A DNA stretch of 64,000 nt, taken from positions 320,001 to 384,000 of the forward strand of contig CAVPIB010000004.1 of assembly GCA_963704885.1 (NCBI GenBank). The letters are read 5' to 3'. Source of the DNA: an uncultured Actinomycetes bacterium. GTDB lineage: Bacteria; Actinomycetota; UBA4738; HRBIN12. The position numbers and the translations under genes are program-made. The notes below the pieces were generated by a model. The model saw nothing but the letters and a program-made list of their open reading frames with translations. It was not told the DNA's origin and made no database searches. Positions 22,761 through 31,543 of this stretch are shown one piece after another. How positions within the stretch are numbered: the first letter of the stretch is position 1; each line of letters begins with the position of its first letter.

Positions 22761-23366
22761 CTACTTGGACGGCGTTACGCAGAGCGTGAAGGACTCGTCC
22801 CCGTACAGGAACGTGGCGCAGTTGCCGGCGACGTCCCTCAGTTCGAACGTTCCCCCCGCGAACGGATCCCCCTCCGCCACGTTGTAGACCGTGCCGTCGA
22901 CCTCTACCTGCGCCATCTGAACGCCGTTGTGAGTGAACGTGTCGAGCAGGACGACCGTGTGTCCGCCGACGACGGTGCTCGACCCGTTGGTCGGCGCGCT
23001 CGTGGGGCTGGTGGTCGGGCTGCCAGGTGAGGAAGGTGACCCCGTATCGGTGGGCGAGGCTGGTGACGACCCGTCGGTCGGGGACGCGGTTACCTGGAAC
23101 TGCGGAGGAACGGAGAACGGATCGCGTCCTGAGAAGATCGGGCTAGGACTCGGCCCTCCCGTGGGCTCGCCGGACGGACCCTCGGAGGGCTCCACGGTCG
23201 GGCCCTCGGTTGGTGCGATCGACGTGGATGGTCCGATCGAGATCGGGGGGAGGGCAGCCGTCCCGCCTTTACCGAGCTGGCCCAAGGCGAGGAGCGCCAC
23301 CACCAGGACGGCCGCGACGATGCCTCCGATCTTCAGGGCCCGGCGATCGCGATCGTTGAGCGGCAT
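22761..23366 (-). CDS. PilP-like membrane-anchored protein (TM, P/S/T-rich linker, C-terminal beta domain)
   Basis: N-terminal TM; GRDPF motif typical of PilP-like proteins; C-terminal [30 protein letters not shown]; position after pilO. Confidence 0.65.
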   Translation of the reverse strand: MPLNDRDRRALKIGGIVAAVLVVALLALGQLGKGGTAALPPISIGPSTSIAPTEGPTVEPSEGPSGEPTGGPSPSPIFSGRDPFSVPPQFQVTASPTDGSSPASPTDTGSPSSPGSPTTSPTSAPTNGSSTVVGGHTVVLLDTFTHNGVQMAQVEVDGTVYNVAEGDPFAGGTFELRDVAGNCATFLYGDESFTLCVTPSK

Positions 23367-23368
23367 CG

Positions 23369-24013
23369 TTAGCCTTCCGAGGTTGTGACCGCGGCCGGCG
23401 TGCTCGTATCGGCCGGCGTGGTCGGAGTCGTGGTGGTGCCCGCCCCTGCGGTGGGTCCCGGCGAGGAGCCCGGTCCCGCGCTCGAGTCGCTGGTGTATAC
23501 GTCCACACTGGCCGACATAGTGAGCGTACTGCCGGATTCCCCCGGAACGAGGTTCACTGCTGTGACCTTGGCCGCGCGAGGCAGGGTCTCGATCCGGAAC
23601 AGGAACTCGGTGAGCGCGAAGTAGCTCCCCCTTACCGACAGGGTATTGGACACCGTCGACAAGCCCGTCGCGGGATCAAAGACGGGAGTGCTGGGCGTGA
23701 GCGTGAACAGGTCCACGGAGGACTGGATCGCGGCGTTCTGAAGCAAGAGGATGAACCCCTGCTGGTCGACCGTGGGCGGGATGGCTTGCTCCACCTTGCG
23801 GATCGTCTCGCGGTTCTTGGGCGCGTCCGCCTCGGCCTGCTCGAGGGCGGCAAGCTGGGAGGCGAGCGTGGACTGTTGGGTCACGGCCAGCTCCAGAGCG
23901 GCGTTGGCGTCCTTCACCTGACCCATCTTGGGCAGGACCAGGAAGAACGCCACGAGAACCGCCACGATCGCGAGCGCCGCCCCGGCGATGAGGGGACCCC
24001 GCTTACCCCCCAC
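23369..24013 (-). CDS. pilO: Type IV pilus assembly protein PilO
   Basis: TM, coiled coil, IP..VD, VRGSYFALTEFLFRIETLPR. Confidence 0.85.
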   Translation of the reverse strand: MGGKRGPLIAGAALAIVAVLVAFFLVLPKMGQVKDANAALELAVTQQSTLASQLAALEQAEADAPKNRETIRKVEQAIPPTVDQQGFILLLQNAAIQSSVDLFTLTPSTPVFDPATGLSTVSNTLSVRGSYFALTEFLFRIETLPRAAKVTAVNLVPGESGSTLTMSASVDVYTSDSSAGPGSSPGPTAGAGTTTTPTTPADTSTPAAVTTSEG

Positions 24014-24644
24014 TGGTCGTACCCTCCCTGCCCCGGGCGGTGAGGGCGTCGCTCGACAGATCGGCTCCGCTGCTGAAGGAATAGAGGCCCGTGTTGTCCC
24101 CGGTCTCCTCGGCGTTGGACAACCATGGGTTCACCCAGCCGCGGACCGATTCCAGACGGGTGAGCCAGCTGGCTATGCTCTCGAACCCGTCGGCGCCACC
24201 TTCGACCGTGAACGCGCCGGCGAACGCGGTGGGAACGGTCGTATCCGTGGTGGTCGCAGCACCGGTCGCTATTGCCCCCGAGAGCGCCGCGTCGTACGAC
24301 AAGAGGTAGGCGTCGGACGGGATCACCTTCGAGAGATCCATCAGCAGTTGCGAGAACGAGACCTCCCCCGCATAGGCCACCGAGAGCAGGGCCTGCTTGC
24401 CGGCGGCCTCTTCCTGGAGCGCTTGAGCGTCCTGCAGCCCGTCGATCTCCGTCTGGAGCCCGACGTTCGTCGCGTTCTGGGCCGCGATGTCGTCGTTGAC
24501 GCCCGAGAGCTTCTGGCCCTGCAGGAACCAGAAGCCCACCAGGACCGCCACGATCACCGCGCCGGCGCCGATTATCAGGGTGGTCAGCCGTCGGGTCTTC
24601 TGCCGTGACAGGAGTTCGGGGGGAAGGAGGTTGACCTGGCTCAC
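24003..24644 (-). CDS. pilN: Type IV pilus assembly protein PilN
   Basis: N-terminal VNLLPPE PilM-binding motif, TM, coiled coil, SKVIPSDAYL. Confidence 0.88.
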   Translation of the reverse strand: MSQVNLLPPELLSRQKTRRLTTLIIGAGAVIVAVLVGFWFLQGQKLSGVNDDIAAQNATNVGLQTEIDGLQDAQALQEEAAGKQALLSVAYAGEVSFSQLLMDLSKVIPSDAYLLSYDAALSGAIATGAATTTDTTVPTAFAGAFTVEGGADGFESIASWLTRLESVRGWVNPWLSNAEETGDNTGLYSFSSGADLSSDALTARGREGTTSGG

Positions 24645-25696
24645 GCGAAATGCCTCCCGGGGATCCCCAGACCGACGGCAACCGCCAAGACGGGCTCGGC
24701 CTCGGCGAGCGCCTCCTCAGATAGCGAGAGTTGGGATTTGGCTCGGCGGAACACGCGGCCTCGCTCGATCACAGCCGGGACGCGTTCCTGCAGGAGCTCC
24801 AGGAACCCCTGCAGCTTCGACCCGCCGCCGATCACCAATACCCTGCCGATCCGAGCGCCTCTGGTCTGCGCCGTGTAGAACTCGAGCGACGAACGGACCT
24901 CGTCCACGAAGTTCTGCGCTCTCTGCATGGAGACGCGGCGAACCTCCTCCATCTCGGGACCGCCCTCGACCACCTCGCCGCGCTTCAACCGTTCGGCTAC
25001 GTCGTCCTCGACCCCGAAGCTGCGGGCGATCGCGAGAGTGATGTCGCGCCCCCCCGACGGCAGGATGCGGACGAATCGCGTTACCCCGCGTTCATGCACG
25101 AGGATGTTCGTGACGGTCGCACCGATGTCGACGATCGCCTCCTCGCCGCCCTCTTCGTCCTCCATCCCGACCTCGGGCATGCCCACCGCGCGCGCCATGG
25201 CGAACGGCACCAGGTCCACACCGACGGGCTCCAACTTGGCCGCGAGCGCCACGTCGACCACCGTGTTCACCATGATCCGCTGAGCCGCGACGAGGATGAG
25301 CCGCAGCATCCGGCGCCCTTCCTGCTCGAACTCCCCGAGCGGATCGAAGTCCAAGACGGCCTCTTCGACCGGCATCGGGATGAACTCCTGAGCCTGGAAT
25401 CCGAGCGACGCGCGCAGCTCTTTCTCCGGTAGCCAGGGCAGGGCGATCTCGCGAACCACGACGCGTTGGTTGCCTACGCCCATGTAGACCTGCCGGCTCT
25501 TGAATCCTCCGCGTTGCCAGAGCTCGCGGATGGCCTCGCTCACGATCTCGGGCTGGCGTATCTCCCCGGCCTCAACGGCGCCCTCGGGCAGCGGTACCTG
25601 CGCCGCCCGCACGACCACGGGGGTATCGCCCCCTTGGAGCTCGGCCGCGCGCACAGCGGTGGCGCCGATGTCGAGACCGATACGGACCTTCGCCAT
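24641..25696 (-). CDS. pilM: Type IV pilus assembly protein PilM (actin-like)
   Basis: IGLDIGATAVRAAE, FIPMPVEEAVLDF, VDIGATVT, GGRDIT, AERLK, GGGSKL. Confidence 0.93.
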   Translation of the reverse strand: MAKVRIGLDIGATAVRAAELQGGDTPVVVRAAQVPLPEGAVEAGEIRQPEIVSEAIRELWQRGGFKSRQVYMGVGNQRVVVREIALPWLPEKELRASLGFQAQEFIPMPVEEAVLDFDPLGEFEQEGRRMLRLILVAAQRIMVNTVVDVALAAKLEPVGVDLVPFAMARAVGMPEVGMEDEEGGEEAIVDIGATVTNILVHERGVTRFVRILPSGGRDITLAIARSFGVEDDVAERLKRGEVVEGGPEMEEVRRVSMQRAQNFVDEVRSSLEFYTAQTRGARIGRVLVIGGGSKLQGFLELLQERVPAVIERGRVFRRAKSQLSLSEEALAEAEPVLAVAVGLGIPGRHFA

Positions 25697-25903
25697 CTAC
25701 GGTCCCTCCGTTCGAACGGACCGTTCCTCTAGGAACCGCCCCAGATCGGACTCCCGCAGGCGGTAGTTCTTACCCACACGAACCGCCGGAAGCTCTCCGC
25801 TCTTGATGAGTCGATAGACGGTCATGTTGGAGACGCGCATGGCTGAAGCGACCTCCGCCACCGTCAGGAGGCCACCGGCCACGAAGACCTGCGGTTCGCT
25901 CAC
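25697..25903 (-). CDS. Small BldC/excisionase-family (MerR-like HTH_17) DNA-binding protein
   Basis: LLTVAEVASAMRVSNMTVYRLIKSGELPAVRVGKNYRLRESDL; GTG start after a purine-rich tract; stop abuts pilM ATG (TAGATG). Confidence 0.85.
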   Translation of the reverse strand: MSEPQVFVAGGLLTVAEVASAMRVSNMTVYRLIKSGELPAVRVGKNYRLRESDLGRFLEERSVRTEGP

Positions 25904-25917
25904 CCTCTCACCATCCC

Positions 25918-25977
25918 CACGTGGCACATGTGACACATGTTGAACATCTGCCACGTTAGAACTCATGAGCCACATGT
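25918..25977. repeat. Phased direct-repeat array (CACATG-like hexamers at 9-10 bp spacing) upstream of the HTH gene
   Basis: CACATG 25925, CACATG 25934, AACATC 25943, CACGTT 25952, CTCATG 25962, CACATG 25971, plus CACGTG 25918. Confidence 0.7.
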
Positions 25978-26100
25978 AGCCCAACGAGGATGCTTACGAA
26001 ACACCAGGTAGCAGGTGTAGTCAAACACCTCGGCTGACGAGTTTCTCGGGTCCTCTGAGAGCCATCGAGCGGCGAGATCGATCGAGGGCGATCGGGGGTT

Positions 26101-26877
26101 TCAGGTGAGGGAACTCAGGTACCAGGCCGCGATCCGCTCGCCCCAGAACGTGGCGACGAGGGCACCTGCTGCCAGGAAGGGGCCGAACGGGATCGCCGAC
26201 TTGCGACCGCGACCCGCGAGCAGGGCGATGATCCCACCGAGACCGCCGAGAAGGATGGCGGCGCCTGCCGCCACGCCGACGTAGGCAAGGCCGAGGGAGC
26301 CCAGCACCAGGCCGATGAGCAGCGTGAGCTTGACGTCCCCCATCCCAAGGCCGCGAGGGGCGATGAGCGCGATCAAGAAGAACACTCCCCCATATGCGAG
26401 CGCCCCCAGTAGCGCCCGAGCAGGGTCGAGGTCCTGTCCGAGCAACGCCCCCAGAAAGACGACGACCGCGAACGCGGGAACGGCCGGGTACGTGATGGCG
26501 TTAGGGATGATCTTGAGCTCGAGGTCGATGGCGGCCACCGCCAACATGACCGCGCAGAAGGCGCAGAGCATGACGATCAGGCAGGGGTTGTCGTGAACGA
26601 CGGTCACACCTGCGAAGGACGCGCTGGTGGTCGCTTCCAGGATCGGATAGCGCGCCGAGAAGTGTGTCCCGCAAGCATGACAGCGGCCCCGGAGCAGGAG
26701 GTACGACGCGATAGGGATGTTGTCCCGAGCACGGACCTCGGCGCCGCAGTGCGGGCACCTTGATCGAGGCGAGACTATCGATTCCTTCTTCGGGACACGA
26801 TCGACCACCACCGTGAGGAAGCTCCCCACGGCCAGACCGATCAGGCCGGCGACGATCGCCCGGAACGCGGTATCCAC
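26101..26877 (-). CDS. pilD: Prepilin peptidase/N-methyltransferase (A24A)
   Basis: GSFLTVVVDRVP, SRCPHC, GRCHAC, IDLELKIIPN, GMGDVKL, IPFGPFL. Confidence 0.95.
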   Translation of the reverse strand: MDTAFRAIVAGLIGLAVGSFLTVVVDRVPKKESIVSPRSRCPHCGAEVRARDNIPIASYLLLRGRCHACGTHFSARYPILEATTSASFAGVTVVHDNPCLIVMLCAFCAVMLAVAAIDLELKIIPNAITYPAVPAFAVVVFLGALLGQDLDPARALLGALAYGGVFFLIALIAPRGLGMGDVKLTLLIGLVLGSLGLAYVGVAAGAAILLGGLGGIIALLAGRGRKSAIPFGPFLAAGALVATFWGERIAAWYLSSLT

Positions 26878-26901
26878 GTGGGGGTCGATGCTAGCGCGTC
26901 G

Positions 26902-28677
26902 CTACGGACAGCCCGTGGAGGCGCTGTAGTTCCAAGCGCACGCGGCCTTCTGCTCGATCCACGTCACGATCTGCCATGCGGCGGCGACGGGCGTCAGGAA
27001 GCGCGGCGGCGACTGGTACTTCATCCGGTTGTCGTAGTTGTAGTTCTTCGCGTAGCCGGTCGACCCGATAAGGGTGATGATGCCTCGGTACTTCTGCGCG
27101 ATCGCGCCGTTGATCGTGATGGTCATCGTCACGCCGCTTGGGTTGTTGTCTCCGTACGAGTAGTTCTGTGCCCGGAAGGAGTGGGCAAGCGACAGGATGG
27201 CGGCCTGCACCGTCGGAAGACGGAGCGCGGTGGCCTGCAGGGAACCCGCGCCGGGCCAGGCTATCCGAAGGTTGCAGCCTCCGTTGACGTTGCCGCCATC
27301 GCAGTTGGTGGTCGAGCCATCGGTCCGAACCGGGTGGTAGATCTCGACGTAGTTGTTGGCGACAAGACCCAGCAGGTCACTGCCTCCGGTCCCGCTCTGA
27401 TACGTCACGCTTCCGATCACGTCGATGTTGTTGTCGGCGGCGATCGTGAGCCGACCCTTGAGCGTACCTCTGAGGAACACGTCCCCGTCGCGGCAACCGT
27501 AGGTCGTGATGTCGTAGCGCTGCGGGTAGCCCAGTGGGTGCGCTCGATTGATCCCTCCCCCGGGAGCGGTGACGGAGTACGGGCACCCGCTCGTGTAGTT
27601 CGGGTCGGTCGCGGTCGAGGGTACGTTCTGTACGTAGATGACTCCGTTCGCCGGCAGCGGCTTACCCGTCCCCAGGCAGTTCGTGTTGGTCGACTTGGTG
27701 AACGGACTCGTCACATCCATCGTCCCGGCGGAGTTCAGCACGATGGCGGTCGGGCCCGTGTACAGACAGCCGGTGCCGCCGAGCGCTCCATCGGCATCGG
27801 CCTTGATCGCGATGTTGTTGGGCGGCATGGTCAGCGGAACCGCGTACTTCGGGTCGCCGGCGTTCGTGAAGACCGGGACCGACCCACAGCTGCCGCCGGT
27901 GTTCACCCATTTGTTCCCCGTAGCGGGGTTCCAGCTGGTGGTCACCTTGCCGTTGAAGACCGGGTCACCGCAGACACGGATCGCGTCGTTCGAGTGGAGC
28001 GGACCGTTGATCGTGTCGTAGGAGCTGAACGAGATCTCCGTGCACACGTTCCCGTCCGTGTCGCCGGCGAAGTCCGTTCGCCCCGGGATGTCGCGGCCCT
28101 CGTAGTAGCGCTTCGCGCAGTACGTCTGCGCCTGCGCGGGGGTGTAATCGTCGCTCGAATTGTAGGCTGCCGGGTCCTTCGTCTCGTAATCCGTGAAGTA
28201 CAAGAAGTCCAGGAACGAGCGGCGGCGAAGCGTCGCTTGAACCGACCGCGTGACGTTGCGGGAGCGTCCCGTCGCCGTGATGATGACCGCGCCCTGAGAC
28301 GTGAGGTTCGATGTGTCCACCGAATAGCGGAAGCATGGGAGGTTCGAGTTCGCACTGGCCGTGCAGGTAACGCTCGCAGAACCCGAGTCGGGGACCGACA
28401 CCCAGCTGGTGAACGCCAGGTTGCCGTCAGGTGGAAGGCTCGTGGCCGAGTACAGGTAGTATTGATCGTTCTCGTTGAGCCGGAACAGGTAGTCGTCCAG
28501 GCCGGCCTCGGCCGCCGCGAGCGCGGCGTTCCAATCCTGGTCGCGTCGCGAGAGCGGCTGGGAACCGAGCGCATAAGCCATGGTCCCGGCCACGATGATC
28601 AGCATGATCATCGATAGGAGCAGCACCGTGACGAGGACGACCCCGTCCTCGTTGTCCCTACGCGATCGCTTCAGCAT
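26902..28677 (-). CDS. Large PilX-like minor pilin with Cys-rich extracellular domain (candidate tip adhesin)
   Basis: Class III signal MLKRSRRDNEDG|VVLVTVLL lacking Glu5 (PilX/K type); ALAAAEAGLDD; 591 aa, T/G/N/Y-rich, many Cys. Confidence 0.75.
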   Translation of the reverse strand: MLKRSRRDNEDGVVLVTVLLLSMIMLIIVAGTMAYALGSQPLSRRDQDWNAALAAAEAGLDDYLFRLNENDQYYLYSATSLPPDGNLAFTSWVSVPDSGSASVTCTASANSNLPCFRYSVDTSNLTSQGAVIITATGRSRNVTRSVQATLRRRSFLDFLYFTDYETKDPAAYNSSDDYTPAQAQTYCAKRYYEGRDIPGRTDFAGDTDGNVCTEISFSSYDTINGPLHSNDAIRVCGDPVFNGKVTTSWNPATGNKWVNTGGSCGSVPVFTNAGDPKYAVPLTMPPNNIAIKADADGALGGTGCLYTGPTAIVLNSAGTMDVTSPFTKSTNTNCLGTGKPLPANGVIYVQNVPSTATDPNYTSGCPYSVTAPGGGINRAHPLGYPQRYDITTYGCRDGDVFLRGTLKGRLTIAADNNIDVIGSVTYQSGTGGSDLLGLVANNYVEIYHPVRTDGSTTNCDGGNVNGGCNLRIAWPGAGSLQATALRLPTVQAAILSLAHSFRAQNYSYGDNNPSGVTMTITINGAIAQKYRGIITLIGSTGYAKNYNYDNRMKYQSPPRFLTPVAAAWQIVTWIEQKAACAWNYSASTGCP

Positions 28678-28688
28678 CGTCCATCACC

Positions 28689-29438
28689 TCAGGGGCTCGG
28701 GCTCGGGAGCGGGTTGTAGTCGACGTTCGGCAGACGCACGCGATTGATCAAAGTGGTGTAGGGCACGTTGTAGTTGGTCGTGGCGCGGATGGCGAGGGTG
28801 ATCCCGATCGCGTTGACCAGCAGACGGTTCGTTGCCGACAGCGGCGTCTGTCCGGTCGTGAACGCCACCGGATTTCCCGTGGCATCGTCGTAGTAGTAGG
28901 TCAAGACGGGCAGGCTCGACGGGTTCGCGACGTACTTGCCCACGAGCCTGGTCGAATAGCCACCCGTGTACACACACGATGGCGGGGTACCGCCCGCGTC
29001 GGCGGCCACGATCTGTTCCTTCAGCACCGGAGGGTTGGCCACGGTGTCCACGAAGAGGTGGACGATGTCCGGGCACGGCGACGGGTTCGTGGCGGAGAGC
29101 GTGAGGTTCGAGTAGAACCACACCTCGGTGCCGCTCGCGTACGGCGGAGCGTTCCCGAACGCGCTGGCCGGCGCGATCGTGACGTCGAACGGTGAGGATG
29201 TGGAGTTGAGGCGGGCCGCGGTCCTCACGTCCTTGCTCACGGCGCCCATGAGGACCCGCGCCTCGTCCAGGTTCTGCAGTCGCAGATTCGCGCCAGTGGC
29301 GGCGTTCTGCAGCGAGACGAAACCCTGCGTAACGAAGCCGAGGACGACGGTCATGACGGAGACCGTCACGATCAGCTCCACGAGGGTGACCCCCTCCTGG
29401 GAGGAGGCCCGCCTGAGTCGGCTCACGAGGGCGCTCAT
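28689..29438 (-). CDS. PilW-like minor pilin
   Basis: QEG|VTLVELIVTVSVM prepilin motif; ATGA overlap with upstream gene. Confidence 0.75.
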   Translation of the reverse strand: MSALVSRLRRASSQEGVTLVELIVTVSVMTVVLGFVTQGFVSLQNAATGANLRLQNLDEARVLMGAVSKDVRTAARLNSTSSPFDVTIAPASAFGNAPPYASGTEVWFYSNLTLSATNPSPCPDIVHLFVDTVANPPVLKEQIVAADAGGTPPSCVYTGGYSTRLVGKYVANPSSLPVLTYYYDDATGNPVAFTTGQTPLSATNRLLVNAIGITLAIRATTNYNVPYTTLINRVRLPNVDYNPLPSPSP

Positions 29439-30736
29439 GGCACGATCACCGTCACCGCGACCGGCGTCGGGGGGTCCAACGGGCTCAACGTGACCGAACC
29501 GCCGCTCGTGCTTCCGGCGGTCACGGACCACAACCCGTACGGCAGGGCGGCCGTGAGGTTGCCCGCGGCGTCGGTGGTGCCGAGCGTGTACGTGACACCG
29601 CTGGGGCAGCCGGAGTCGGCCGCGTGGGACACCATAACGATGCCACCGAGCGAGGGACGGCCGTAGCCGTCTCCGCGTGGACCAGGATCTCCGGCATGAG
29701 GATGGTCGAGACGCTCGTCGCGCCGGCGATCACCGCGATCGGCGTGGCGCGGCTCGCGCCGGGGTAATAGGAGAGCCCGCCGCCGTCGACGCCCTGCGGA
29801 TCCGCGTCGAGGCAGCTGCCGGCCCAGGCCTCGTAGCCGTCGACGTACGGGAACTGGCCGCCGATCGTTCGAGGGCTGCCGGCCCCGGTGAACGTCTTCT
29901 CGCCACCCGGGAGGATGTGCGTGTTGCCGAGCGAGACCGGCACGCTCGTGGGGGCCGCGCTTCCGGTGTTGCCGAGGAGCGTCAGGCCTCAGGGTCGCGG
30001 CGTCGTCGTACTGGAACTGCAGCGAGACGGTCGTCCCGACGGACACGGTCGCGGATTGCACGGGCGACGCGATCCCTTGGTCGTCGACGTAGTTCGCTCG
30101 GGCGAGGGCAACGGTGTAAGCGCCGGCTGGCTGGTACGCGAAGAACGCGCAGCCATCGGTCGTCGTGGTCTGCGTCTCCGACACGCTCGGACCGCTCAAT
30201 GCGACCGGGACACTCCCCTGTGGGGCACCCGCGGCGTTCCGCACCATCACCGCTACATGGCCGCTGGTGGTGTCGTAGGTGCCGACCGGCGGAGTTATGA
30301 CGGTATGAGAGACCGGTGCCGGCACGCCGGCCATGTTGTTCCACGTCACGGAAACGGTGACGGAGAGGTACGCGAGAGCCGAGCCCGAAGGTGCCTGGCA
30401 GGGACCGGACGTCGCGTTAGGCGTCACCCACTGGGTCTCGCGCGTGACCGTATACGGGACACCATCTACGGTCTGGGATGCGGTCACCAACCCCATCGGG
30501 AGGCCCGTGAACTCGGTGCTGCGCACCGTGTCCATCTCCTGGGATGCCAGGTTGGCGGCGATCGAGCGGTTGCGGTTCTGGCGGGTCAGGTTGAGCGAGC
30601 TGCTCATGCCCGCGACGATCCCCCCGATCACCAGCGCGAAGATGAAGATGCCGACGACGAGCTCTACCATGGTGAAGCCACCCTCGTCCGCGCGGCCCGA
30701 CGTGCGGACGCGCATTCGGTGCAGCGCTCTGATCAT
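29435..30736 (-). CDS. PilV-like minor pilin with C-terminal beta-sandwich domains; two compensating frameshifts (~29985, ~29655)
   Basis: EGG|FTMVELVV motif; between the shifts the sensible sequence is in the 29521-29943 frame (VPVSLGNT..YEAWAGSCLDADP..). Confidence 0.7.
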   Translation of the reverse strand: MIRALHRMRVRTSGRADEGGFTMVELVVGIFIFALVIGGIVAGMSSSLNLTRQNRNRSIAANLASQEMDTVRSTEFTGLPMGLVTASQTVDGVPYTVTRETQWVTPNATSGPCQAPSGSALAYLSVTVSVTWNNMAGVPAPVSHTVITPPVGTYDTTSGHVAVMVRNAAGAPQGSVPVALSGPSVSETQTTTTDGCAFFAYQPAGAYTVALARANYVDDQGIASPVQSATVSVGTTVSLQFQYDDAATLRPDAPRQHRKRGPHERAGLARQHAHPPGWREDVHRGRQPSNDRRPVPVRRRLRGLGRQLPRRGSAGRRRRRALLLPRREPRHADRGDRRRDERLDHPHAGDPGPRGDGYGRPSLGGIVMVSHAADSGCPSGVTYTLGTTDAAGNLTAALPYGLWSVTAGSTSGGSVTLSPLDPPTPVAVTVIVP

Positions 30737-30772
30737 GGGCGTTCGCCTACCACCTTCATGTCCGTCAGATAA

Positions 30773-30801
30773 GCGTCGGCAGAACGGGGGGCACGCTTTA
30801 G
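30773..30801 (-). promoter_or_regulatory. Putative sigma28 (WhiG/FliA-type) promoter for minor pilin genes
   Basis: CTAAA-N16-GCCGACGC. Confidence 0.6.
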
Positions 30802-30863
30802 GGCCATCGTGAGTTACCGGGTTCGGGTATCGGTCGAAGACGGCCCTGAGCACCGCAGATACG

Positions 30864-30890
30864 GAAAGGGCGGCCCGAGGCCGCCCCTTC
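30864..30890 (-). terminator. Intrinsic terminator after the major pilin
   Basis: GAAGGGGCGGCC-TCG-GGCCGCCCTTTC hairpin about 20 nt after the pilin TAA. Confidence 0.75.
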
Positions 30891-30911
30891 GTGATGCCAA
30901 CTCCCCGTCGC

Positions 30912-31392
30912 TTACGGGAAGGTCGGTCCGACGGCAGCAGCAGCTGCCGCGCCAGTGGCAGGCAGCACCGGAACCGTACGTCGTGCCGTTCGCCGACCTA
31001 TCCGGATCCAGTAGCAGGTGCCTGACGCGGACATCCGAGCTGCGGCCCATTCCGTGGCCGAGACCACCGAAACGCTCACCGGCGCCGGGGCGGCCACCGT
31101 AGAGGCGGCCGGGGGAGTCCACGTACGTGCAGGCGACGGCTCGACTGTCGAGCAGGCCCGCAGCGTTGGTCTCGCCGTGTACGACGCTGTTATCCGTGTA
31201 GATCGTCTTCGCGGACACCAGGGCGTTACGAAGGTCCGACTGTGCGGCACGGTTCTGGGCCCTCGTACGAGCACCCAGGAACGTCGGCAGTGCGATGGCG
31301 ATCAGGATGCCGATGATCAGAACGACCACCATCAGCTCGATGAGGGTGAAGCCTTCCTCATCCTGCTTGCGCTCGATGAAGCGCTTAAGCAT
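30912..31392 (-). CDS. pilA: Type IVa major pilin (copy 1); several indels in the 3' half
   Basis: MLKRFIERKQDEEG|FTLIELMVVVLIIGILIAIALPTFLGAR..AAQSDLRNAL; strong RBS; C-terminus switches frames (AARMSASGTCYWI / NGTTYGSGAAC / AAVGPTFP*). Confidence 0.85.
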
Positions 31393-31416
31393 CTGCGTCA
31401 ACTCCCTTCCTTGGGT

Positions 31417-31448
31417 CTCAGACGCGCCCTTGCGGCGCACCTACTGAG
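31417..31448 (-). other. 5'-UTR stem-loop of the pilin mRNA
   Basis: CTCAG-TAG-GTGCGCC-GCAA-GGGCGCG-TCTGAG between the sigma28-like promoter and the RBS. Confidence 0.5.
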
Positions 31449-31452
31449 TCGG

Positions 31453-31481
31453 GTTTCGGTCGGATGGGTCACGGGCTTGAG
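31453..31481 (-). promoter_or_regulatory. Putative sigma28-type promoter for pilin copy 1
   Basis: CTCAA-N16-ACCGAAAC. Confidence 0.55.
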
Positions 31482-31543
31482 GGTCTTGCTCGCCATCACG
31501 GAAAGATGACCCGGAAGGACTACCTAGGATCGGGTACGCTTTG

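Noticed and set aside
22930-23240. Low-complexity Pro/Ser/Thr repeats in the PilP-like gene and PilO tail
   Set aside because: Ordinary flexible linkers with no exact DNA periodicity.
25918-25977. Repeat array as a CRISPR or iteron origin
   Set aside because: Units are 6 bp at a 9-10 bp period, with no spacers and no cas or rep genes.
25697-25984. HTH gene as a prophage or ICE excisionase, and its 95-aa extended start
   Set aside because: No integrase, att site or phage genes nearby; the extension just translates the repeat array, and GTG 25903 fits the family size.
26021-26030. TCAAACACCT also present at 61460-61469
   Set aside because: Only two copies of a 10-mer, both containing a TTGA -35-like core; not enough to claim a shared operator.
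26878-28617. 579-aa plus-strand ORF opposite the large minor pilin
   Set aside because: V/R/G-rich antisense mirror of the real gene, with no domain signal.
31393-31543. Possible c-di-GMP riboswitch upstream of the pilin
   Set aside because: Only one stem-loop; I could not find the two-stem class I or the pseudoknotted class II architecture. An Rfam scan would settle it.
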